Source: Octopus sinensis | Taxonomy: Eukaryota | Length of the DNA stretch: 10,538 bases | Assembly: GCF_006345805.1 (NCBI RefSeq) | Contig: NW_021827255.1 | Span: 1-10,538 of the forward strand | Direction: 5' to 3' | Translations under genes and position numbers: made by a program | The notes under the pieces: generated by a model | What the model was told of the DNA's origin: nothing | The model's input: the letters and a program-made list of their open reading frames with translations, nothing else | Database searches by the model: none | Part shown: piece after piece, positions 1 through 7,737 of the stretch | Position numbering within the stretch: the first letter of the stretch is position 1 | Layout of the letters: the number at the start of each line of letters is the position of its first letter

Positions 1-910
1 ATTCTGTCTCTCTCTCTCCCATTCTTTTATTCTAAACATTCTTGTTCTATCTCTCCCATTCTTTTATTCTAACATTCTGTCTCTCTCTCTCCCATTCTTT
101 TATTCTAACATTCTGTCTCTCTCTCCCATTCTTTTATTCTAACATTCTGTCTCTCTCTCTCCCATTCTTTTATTCTAACATTCTGTCTCTCTCTCCCATT
201 CCTTTATTCTAACATTCTGTCTCTCTCTCCCATTCCTTTATTCTAACATTCTGTCTCTCTCTCCCATTCCTTTATTCTAACATTCTGTCTCTCTCTCCCA
301 TTCTTTTATTCTAACATTCTGTCTCTCTCTGTCTCTCCCATTCTTTTATTCAAACATTCCGCCTCTCTCTCCCATTCCTTTATTCAAGCATTCGCCTCTC
401 TCTCCCATTCTTTTATTCTAACATTCTGTCTCTCTCTCCCATTCCTTTATTGTAACATTCTGTCTCTCTCTCCCATTCCTTTATTCTAACATTCTGTCTC
501 TCTCTCCCATTCCTTTATTCTAATATTCTGTCTCTTTCTCCCATTCTTTTATTCTAACATTCTGTCTCTCTCTCCCATTCTTTTATTCTAACATTCTGTC
601 TCTCTCTCTCCCATTCTTTTATTCTAACATTCTGTCTCTCTCTCCCATTCTTTTATTCTAACATTCTGTCTCTCTCTCTCTCTCATTCTTTTATTCTAAC
701 ATTCTGTCTCTCTCTCTCCCATTCTTTTATTCTAACATTCTGTCTCTCTCTCCCATTCTTTTATTCTAGCATTCTGTCTATCTCTTCCATTCTTTTATTC
801 TAACATTCTGTCTCTCTCTCCCATTCTTTTATTCAAACATTCCGCCTCTCTCTCCCAATCTTTTATTCTAACATTCTGTCTCCCTCTCTTGTTCTGTTAT
901 TCTAACTCTC
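1..910. repeat. Minisatellite, ~34-38 bp unit (CATTCTGTCTCTCTCTCCCATTCTTTTATTCTAA), roughly 25 copies, runs off the left edge
   Basis: Unit is directly visible in tandem. Length varies through the internal (CT)n. It degenerates near 880-910. Confidence 0.97.
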
Positions 911-926
911 TGTCTCTCTCTCTCTC

Positions 927-966
<40 letters not shown>

Positions 967-1720
967 TATTTCCTTTACTCTCTAAAATCTCCTTCCCTCT
1001 ATCAATGACATTTCCCTTTTTTCCTTCCCCCTTCATCGTCCCATCCATAAGAAACCAGTCCATTCCTTATCCCACCCCTCTCTCCCTCTCTCTCTTTATC
1101 AATATTTCCTCTCTTTCTTAATTCCACCCCATATGTTCCCCCCTCCTCCTTTCACCTTATCATGTTACCCTTCATCATTCTCTTCTTTTTCCTTCATCTC
1201 CTCATTTTCTTCTCATCTACCTCTCCTCTCTGTGATATTTCTCTTCCTCTTCCCCACTCTTTTTTCTCTCCCTCCCTCTATTCCTCTCTCTTTCTTCCCC
1301 CACCTCCCTCTTTCTCTATGCTTTTCTTCTTCTTCCTATCAGTCTCTCCTCTTCCCCACTCTTTTCTCTCCCTCCCTCTATTCCTCTCTCTTTCTTCCCC
1401 CACCTCCCTCTCTCTCTCTATGCTTTTCTTCTTCTTTCTATCATTCTCTCCTCTGTGATATTTCTCCTCCTCCCCACTCTATTTCTCTCTCTCCCTCCCT
1501 CTCTATTGTTTTCTCTTCCTTTCTACCCTGCTTTTCTTCCTCTCTTTCTTCATAACCTTTCTCTTTTTATCATTTTCTTTCCTTTTCTCTCTATATATAT
1601 CTCTCTCTCTCTCTAGTTTTTCTTCTTTCTTTCATTCTCTCCTCACCCCCCTCTTTCCTTTCATACTTTTTCCTCTCTTTCTCTCGGTCATTCTCATCTC
1701 TCTTTTTTTCCCCTTCATCA
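911..1720. repeat. (TC)n microsatellite (~911-962) followed by a low-complexity polypyrimidine tract
   Basis: The + strand is almost entirely C/T. ORFs 1133-1555 and 1162-1458 are S/F/L/P artefacts of this composition. Confidence 0.9.
1222..1510. repeat. ~100 bp tandem duplication inside the pyrimidine tract (two units plus a partial third)
   Basis: CCTCCCTCTATTCCTCTCTCTTTCTTCCCCCACCTCCCTC occurs at 1271 and 1371. CTCTGTGATATTTCTC occurs at ~1228 and ~1451. Confidence 0.85.
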
Positions 1721-1769
1721 CTCCATATAACTAAAAGCATCGTCCACCAGTTTTGGACAATAACCGTTC

Positions 1770-1870
1770 CGGTCATTCGATCAACCAAACTAGCAAACCA
1801 TTGAATTACAAGTACAAGCGGCTGTGTACTCTACACATACATGTACTCTTAACATATTCTTCAGACACAG
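1770..1870 (-). mobile_element. Possible degraded SINE 3' fragment
   Basis: GGCTGTGTACTCTACACATACATGTACTCTTAACATATTCTTCAGACACAG resembles, from memory only, the tail of an octopus SINE. There is no second copy in the window to confirm it. Confidence 0.3.
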
Positions 1871-1929
1871 TTAACCATTACGAAAAAAATGCATTTTTAG
1901 ACTAAAAACATTAGGAAAACAGACAAATA

Positions 1930-2163
1930 GGTGCGGGTGTGGCTCTGTGGTAAGAAGCTTGCTTCCCAACCACATGGTTCCTGGTTCAGTCCCACTGCTT
2001 GGCACCTTGGGCAAGTGTCTTCTACTATAGCCTCGGGCCGACCAAAGTCTTGTGAGAGAATTTGGTAGATGGAAACCGAAAGAAGCCCATCGTATATATA
2101 TGTATGTGTGTGTGTGTGTGTGTGTGTATACATATATATATGTATGTGTATGTGTGTCTTTGT
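1930..2163 (+). mobile_element. tRNA-derived SINE family A, 5' half (head, CORE-like block, internal (TA)/(TG) microsatellite)
   Basis: A-box-like TGGCTCTGTGG, B-box-like GGTTCAGTCCC and a CCTTGGGCAAGT motif as in the CORE/MIR core. Aligns with 2164-2457 and, in reverse, with 2800-3180 and 9940-10360. Confidence 0.92.
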
Positions 2164-2321
2164 GGCGCGGGTGTGGCTGTGTGGTAAGAAGCTTGCATCC
2201 CAACCACATGGTTCCGGGTTCAGTCCCACTGCGTGGCATCTTGGGCAAGTGCCTTCTGCTATAGCCTTGGGCCGACCAAAGCCTTGTGAGTGAATTTGAT
2301 AGATGGAAACTGAAAGAAGCC

Positions 2322-2352
<31 letters not shown>

Positions 2353-2457
2353 GTGTGTATGTATGTGTGTCTTTGTGTCAGTGTTTGTCCTCCCATCATG
2401 GCTTGACAATCAGTGTTGGTGTGTTTTTACGTCCCTGTAACTTAACAGTTCATCAAA
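2164..2457 (+). mobile_element. SINE family A, 3'-truncated, head-to-tail with the previous copy
   Basis: A box TGGCTGTGTGG at 2174-2184 and B box GGTTCAGTCCC at 2217-2227. Homology to full copies stops at ...CTTAACAGTTCATCAAAA, just before the palindrome. Confidence 0.92.
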
Positions 2458-2465
2458 ATTTTATT

Positions 2466-2751
2466 TAAAGTATACTTGCCATCTCAATATGGCTAACCAC
2501 TAAGGGTGGGTGTTACTGTAGCTTTTTAGCCCCAGGAGATCATCGTTTCCAGCTGGCTTTAGGCACACTTTTTGTGCCCTTATGGTATTTGCAAAGGGAT
2601 GTCATCCCTTTATGGCCTCCTTTTGCAAATACCATAAGGGCACAGATAGTGTGCCTAAAGCCAGCTGGAGATGATGATCTCCTGGGGCTAAAAAGCTACA
2701 GTAACACCCACCCTTTGTGGTTAGCCATATTGAGATGGCTTTTATACTTTA
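2466..2751. mobile_element. 286 bp fold-back element (MITE-like): 140 bp inverted arms with a 6 nt loop
   Basis: 2466-2605 is the reverse complement of 2612-2751 with 11 mismatches and no gaps by manual alignment. It begins and ends with TA. The palindrome is certain; the MITE identity is inferred. Confidence 0.8.
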
Positions 2752-2799
2752 CGTTGTCGAGCAGTTACTGTTTACATCTCGTTCTGAGATTTTAAAATT

Positions 2800-3180
2800 T
2801 TTATTTGTTTCAGTCATTTGACTGCGACCATCCTGGAGCACTGCCCTTAGTTGAACAAATCTGCCCCAGGACTTATTTTTTGTAAGCCTAGTACTTATTC
2901 TATTGATTTCTTTTGCTGAACTGCTAAGTTGCAGGAACATAAACACACCAACATCTGTTGTCACGTGATGGTGGGGCAACAAACACAGACACATAAACAT
3001 ATATATATATATACACACGATGAGCTTCTTACAGTTTCCATCTACCAAATCCACACATAAGGCTTTGATCAGCCCGAGGCTATAGTAGAAGACACTTCCC
3101 CAAGGTGCCATGCAGAGGGACTGAACTCAGAATCATGTGGTTGGGAAGCCAGCTCCTTACCATACAGCCATGCTTGCACC
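2800..3180 (-). mobile_element. SINE family A, full length
   Basis: The reverse complement starts GGTGCAAGCATGGCTGTATGGTAAG, has the internal (TA)n and ends ...CAGTCAAATGACTGAAACAAATAAAA. A terminal CAGTCA-TT-TGACTG stem-loop lies at 2811-2824. Confidence 0.93.
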
Positions 3181-3247
3181 TAAAATAATATAATAATGGG
3201 GCATATAAGCCCTCAACAGAAAAAGTAGGTTTTCCCGTATGCGTGGG

Positions 3248-3357
3248 ATCCTTTCGGGGTCGATTAAATAAGTACCAGTTATGCACTGGTGTCGATGTAA
3301 TTGACTTAATCCCTTTGTTTGTCTATATTTAGCCTCCTGTGGGCAATAAAGAAATAA
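3248..3357 (+). mobile_element. SINE family B, 5'-truncated 3' fragment
   Basis: ATCCTTTCGGGGTCGATTAAATAAGTACCAGTTATGCACTGGTGTCGAT...GTGGGCAATAAAGAAATA matches 3754-3877. Confidence 0.88.
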
Positions 3358-3394
3358 AGTGGGCTACTGATCTGCTGATTACACCAGCGAACTA

Positions 3395-3500
3395 ATAGAC
3401 TTTAAGAAAGGAGTCCTGGGGTCGATTTGTTCAATTAAAACCCTTCAAGGTGGTGCTCCAGCATGGCCACAGTCGAATGACTGAAACAAGTAGAAGAAAG
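3395..3500 (+). mobile_element. SINE family A, 3' tail fragment
   Basis: GTCCTGGGGTCGATTTGTTC...GGTGGTGCTCCAGCATGGCCACAGTCGAATGACTGAAACAAGTA matches the reverse complement of 9947-10020. Confidence 0.85.
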
Positions 3501-3550
3501 ATTATTCTGTTGAAAATTTTCAAGACAGTTTGAGTAACCTTGACTAATTT

Positions 3551-3641
3551 TCATCATCGTCTTCATCATCATCATCATCATCATCATCATCTTCATCATC
3601 ATCATCATCATCAACATCATTATCATCATATACATCATCAT
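3551..3641. repeat. (TCA)n trinucleotide microsatellite
   Basis: Directly visible. It is the source of the poly-D and poly-M ORFs. Confidence 0.95.
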
Positions 3642-3646
3642 TAACA

Positions 3647-4066
3647 GACGGCGAGCTGGCAGAATCGTTAGCACGCCGGGCGAAATGCTTAGCGGTATTT
3701 CGTCTGCCGTTACATTCTGAGATCAAATTCCATCGAGGTCGACTTTGTCTTTCATCCTTTCGGGGTCGATAAATAAAGTACCAGTCACGCACTGGTGTCG
3801 ATATAATCGACTTAATCCGTTTGTCTGTCCTTGTTTCTCCTCTCTGTGTTTAGCCCCTTGTGGGCAATAAAGAAATAGGTATTTCATCTGCCGTTACGTT
3901 CTGAGTTCAAATTCCACCGAGGGCAACTTTGTCTTTCATCCTTTCGGGGTCGATAAATTAAGTACCAGTTACGCACTGGTGTCGATATAATCAACTTAAT
4001 CCGTTTGTCTGTCCTTGTTTCTCCTCTCTGTGTTTAGCCCCTTGTGGACAGTAAAGAAATAGGTAT
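3647..4066 (+). mobile_element. tRNA-derived SINE family B: head (3647-3693) plus two tandem 184 bp body units (3694-3877, 3878-4061) plus GGTAT
   Basis: A-box-like TGGCAGAATCG at 3657-3667 and B-box-like GAGTTCAAATTCC at 3903-3915. GGTAT recurs at 3694, 3878 and 4062. The central CTTTCATCCTTTCGGGGTCGATAAATTAAGTACCAG block resembles, from memory, a MetaSINE-type conserved domain. Confidence 0.93.
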
Positions 4067-4097
4067 ATAAAACAAAAAACAAAAGAAAGCAAAGCAA

Positions 4098-4153
4098 AGT
4101 GGTGCTCCAACATGGCCAGAGTCCAGTGAGTGAAACCTGTAATATAATAAAAG
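4098..4153 (+). mobile_element. Diverged family A terminal fragment
   Basis: GTGGTGCTCCAACATGGCCAGAGTCCAGTGAGTGAAAC is similar to 3450-3487. Confidence 0.7.
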
Positions 4154-4164
4154 ATATACGATAA

Positions 4165-4305
4165 TACGATAGCAACAGGCAAAAACTCTGACAGCTGATA
4201 CTTTGCTACAGCAATAACCAATAATGATTGATCTCTCCTGGTACGCCCCACCCCCCACCCACTCACCCACCAATCAGCTGTTTGTTGTTGCCATAGCAAT
4301 CTGAT
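4165..4305. promoter_or_regulatory. Candidate cis-regulatory cluster (X-box-like, CCAAT, CACCC/GC box, E-boxes)
   Basis: GTTGCCATAGCAAT at 4287-4300, CCAATCAG at 4270-4277, CCAAT at 4218-4222, CGCCCCACCCCCCACCC at 4244-4260, CAGCTG at 4192 and 4275. Motif evidence only. Confidence 0.3.
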
Positions 4306-4337
4306 AATTTGCTCAGATCTTACTCCAAAAACGGCAC

Positions 4338-4384
4338 ATGCATATATATACGTGCATGCACATATATATATTTATATATATATA
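4338..4384. repeat. (TA)n-rich microsatellite
   Basis: Directly visible. Confidence 0.85.
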
Positions 4385-4908
4385 TCATCATCATCATCAT
4401 CATTGTTTAGCGTTCGCTTTCCATGCTAGCATGGGTTGGACGGTTCAACTGGGGTCTGGGAAGCCAGAAGGCTGCACCAGGCCCAGTCTGATCTGGCAAT
4501 GTTTCTACGGCTGGATGCCCTTCCTAACGCCAACCACTCCGTGAGTGTAGTGGGTGCTTTTTACGTGCCACTGGCACAGGAGCCAGACAAGGCTAGCAAA
4601 CAGCCACGATTGGATGGTGCTTTTTACATGCCACAGGCACGGAGGCCAGGCAAGGCTGGCTACGACCACGATCAGATGGTGCTTTTTATGTGCCACCGGC
4701 ACGAGGCCAGTCAGGGTGGTGCTGGCATGGTTCTCTTACGTGACACCGGCACTGGTATCACAGCTGCAATTTCCATTGATGTTGATCGATTTTGATTTGG
4801 ATTTGGATTTTCACTTGCCTCAACAGGTTTTCACAAGTAGAGTTTTGTGTCCCAAGAAGGAAAGGTATGCATAAGTGGACTGGCTACATCCCATGTAGAG
4901 GCCACAGG
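4385..4908 (-). mobile_element. Non-autonomous retroposon family D with internal ~51-63 bp tandem repeats and an (ATG)n tail
   Basis: Reverse-complement homologue of 8874-9215 (GGTTGGCGTTAGGAAGGGCATCCAGCCGTAGAAAC...CATGCTAGCATGGAAAGCG...ATGATGATG). The 5' boundary near 4908 is inferred from the adjoining (TA)n. No tRNA head was recognised. Confidence 0.85.
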
Positions 4909-4934
4909 ATATATATATATATATATATACACAT

Positions 4935-5272
4935 GTGAAGGCACATGACTCAGTGGTTAGAGCGTCAAGCTTATGATCATGAGGTTGTGAGTTTGAATCC
5001 CAGACAGAGCTGCGTGTTGTGTCCTTGAGCAAGAGACTTTATTTCACATTAATTCAGTTCACTCAGCTGTAGAAATGAGTTGTGACGTCACTGGTGCCAA
5101 ACTGCATCGGCCCCTTTGCCTTTCCCTTGGATAACACTGGTGGTGTGGAGAGGGGAGGCCGGTATGCATGGGTGACTGCTGGTCTTCCATAAACAACTTT
5201 TGCACGGACTTGTGCTTTGGAGGGGAGCTTTCTAGGTACAATCCCATGGTCAGTCATGACCGAAGGGGGTCT
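4935..5272 (+). mobile_element. tRNA-derived SINE family C (head plus CORE-like block, own 3' region)
   Basis: A-box-like TGACTCAGTGG, B-box-like AGTTTGAATCC and GTGTTGTGTCCTTGAGCAAG...CACTCAGCTG. The 5' ~145 bp align with the reverse complement of 9770-9910. The 3' end is approximate. Confidence 0.85.
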
Positions 5273-5277
5273 GAGGG

Positions 5278-5440
5278 ATATACACATACATACATACATA
5301 CAATATATATGCACATACACATACATACATACCCATGCATACATATACGTACATATATATATATATATATATATATATTCACATATATATTCACATATAT
5401 ATATATATATATATACTTGTACATATATACACATACATAC
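5278..5440. repeat. Compound (CA)/(TA)/(CATA) microsatellite
   Basis: Directly visible. Confidence 0.92.
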
Positions 5441-6445
5441 GTTCTGAGTGTAGCTGTGTGGGTCCAGGAGTTTGCTTGCAAGCTGTAAGGTTCTGGGTTC
5501 CGTCCTACCTCTTGGCAGTTTGGGCAAGTGTCTTCTCTTATAGCTACCGGTCTGACCAGACCCTTGTAAGCTTGGATTTGGCTGATGGAAATTGAAAGAA
5601 GCTTGTTGTGTGCGTGCGTGTGTTCAGGTGTGTGTATGTATGTGTGTGTGTGTGCATGCATTTAGTGCGGTGTGTGTAAGCGTTTAGGTGAGTGCGTGCA
5701 TATGTATGTATGCGCATGCGTTTAGGTATATATGTGTGTGTATTTAGGTGTGTGTGTGTGTCTGTGTGTTCATGCTTTTAGGTGTTTGTGTGTATGTTTA
5801 AGTATGTATGTGTATTTAGGTCTATGTGTGTGCATGAGTTTCGGTATACGCATGCATTTACGTATATATGTGTGTGTATGTGTTTAAATGCGTGTGTGTG
5901 TGTGTGTGTGTTTAAGTATGTATGTGTATTTAGGTGTATATATGTGTGCATGAGTTTCGGTGTGCCTATGCATTTAGGTATATATGTGTGTGTTCATGCT
6001 TTTAGGTGTGTGAGTGTGTGTATGTGTTTAATTGTGTGTGTGTGTTTAAGTATGTATGTGCATTCAAGTGTATATGTGTGTGCATGAGTTTAGGTGTGTG
6101 AGTTTGTGTGTGTGTATGTGTTTAGCTCTGTGTGTGTGTTGCTGTCTTCCTGCCTTCATATTGCTTGATAATCATGGAAGTGGTGGCCTTCATTCCCAGT
6201 CATCTGTGAAAACATTTTCGGTCATGCACGGAGGTGGAGGGACAATATCATCTTACTTGGAAACAGGAAAAGGGTAGGCATCGTGAGGGAAGGGCCCATC
6301 CAACCGTCCCTCTGTAGGAAAATAAAAATCCACCTCAACAAATTCGATCCCCCATGGAGGAGGAGGGGGTGCATGCAAGTGCGGGGGTGGAGGGGAAGTG
6401 GACATCAAGACAATGATGATGCTGATGATGATGATGATGATGATA
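5441..6445 (+). mobile_element. Old SINE with an A-type head (5441-5606), an expanded GT-rich array (5607-6138) and a D-like tail ending in (GAT)n
   Basis: Head: TAGCTGTGTGG...GGGTTCCGTCC...TTGGGCAAGTGTCTTCT...GATGGAAATTGAAAGAAGC. Tail: GGGTAGGCATCGTGAGGGAAGGGCCCATCCAACCGT...CATGCAAG...AAGTGGACATCAAGACAATGATGATG, similar to 9064-9215. Confidence 0.7.
5607..6138. repeat. Degenerate (GT)n array with higher-order 114-134 bp units
   Basis: TTTAAGTATGTATGTG at 5797, 5911 and 6045. TGCATGAGTTT at 5831, 5947 and 6081. Confidence 0.85.
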
Positions 6446-6511
6446 GACATCAAATGACTGAAGCTGGAGCTGACCCATCAATCATATCAAACTTTCTGAT
6501 CTAACTGCAGC

Positions 6512-6673
6512 AGTGGTGGTGGTATGGTGGTGGTTGTAGTGGTGGTGGTGGGGACTGGTACTAGTGGTGGTGGTGGTAGTGGTGCTGGTGGTGGTGATGG
6601 TAGTGGTTGTAGTGGGTGGTACTAGTGGTGGTTGTAGAGGTGGTAATGGTGGTGGTGGTGGTGGTGGTGGTGG
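6512..6673. repeat. Degenerate (GGT)n microsatellite
   Basis: Directly visible. Confidence 0.92.
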
Positions 6674-7039
6674 AAGGAGAATATAAAGGTCAGTGATGCA
6701 GGGGCCCCCTTTCTCTCATCTCTTTCCTCTACCTGCTACTCTAAGTGTGTAGTGAGGGCGGTGGAGGGGAGGGGCTACAAAGGTCATTGCTTCCCCCCTA
6801 GACCCCCCTCCCCCGCACCGACTTCTGTAACCAATATAAGAAAGGAGGAGGGAGTTCGTAAATGTCACTGTGGTGGTGGTGGTGATAGTGGGGGGTGACC
6901 CCCTTCTCCGCTTCCCCTGACGAACATATATCAATTATAATTAAAATATATGCAGTCACACACATACGTATACATTTAAGGCACAAATGCACATACAGAC
7001 ACACATACACAGTCACTGATGTATATTATTCATACATCT

Positions 7040-7631
7040 TCTCTCTCTCTCTCTCTCTCTCACTCTACATACATATACACACACACACATACATATGTAC
7101 ACACATACATATTAACTCATACTTACTTATGTTCATGTACAACTACACACATACATATATACATACACATGTATGTATTCACACACACACACATTATATA
7201 TACACACATACACACACATACATTATATATATATATATATATACCACACACATACGTGCACATACATATATCATCATCATCATCCATTTACACAAGGTAT
7301 ATATACTCACACATCTAATACATATATATGTGTGTGTGCATGTGTATATTTGTATGCATGCATATATGTATGTATATATGCATGTATATATGTGTATGTA
7401 TATATGTCTATATGTATGTATATATGTGTATGTATATATACATATGTCTGTATGTTTGTGTGTGTATATATATATATGTGTACGTATATGTGTGTGTGTA
7501 TATATATGTATGTGTGTGTATGTATATATGTATGTGTGTATATGTGTATGTATGTATGTATATGATATATGTATGCATATGTATGTGTATATATGTGTAT
7601 GAATGTATTTATATATGTATGCATATGTATG

Positions 7632-7662
<31 letters not shown>

Positions 7663-7737
7663 ATGTATGTATATATGTATATATATATATGTATAGATAT
7701 ATGTGTATATGTATATGTATGCATGTGTGTGCATATA

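Noticed and set aside
1133-1555. 140 aa and 98 aa ORFs
   Set aside because: S/F/L/P-rich translations of a polypyrimidine tract, which lacks stop codons by composition.
1871-2409. 125-170 aa ORFs with an internally repeated peptide
   Set aside because: Antisense translations of two tandem SINE A copies. Similar peptides arise from every copy.
3435-3792. Poly-Asp and poly-Met ORFs
   Set aside because: (TCA)n microsatellite plus antisense SINE sequence.
3694-3877. Hammerhead ribozyme in the 184 bp unit
   Set aside because: No CTGANGA core found by eye on either strand of the unit. Other ribozyme classes are not excluded.
4553-4753. CRISPR-like repeat-spacer array
   Set aside because: Repeats are degenerate, linkers are related to each other, there are no cas genes, and the array is inside a eukaryotic retroposon.
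4800-4910. HDV-like ribozyme at the 5' end of family D
   Set aside because: I could not build the nested double pseudoknot by eye. A descriptor or covariance search would be needed.
4935-5010. Functional tRNA genes at SINE heads (also 1930, 2164, 3647, 9910, 10360)
   Set aside because: A/B boxes are present but there is no intact cloverleaf, and each continues into a repeat body.
5650-6100. Telomere-like TTAGG motifs
   Set aside because: Isolated TTTAGG interruptions in a (GT)n array, not tandem telomeric repeats.
6790-6845. Possible promoter (C-rich tract, CCAAT, TATAA)
   Set aside because: CCAAT and TATAA overlap with no plausible spacing, in low-complexity context.
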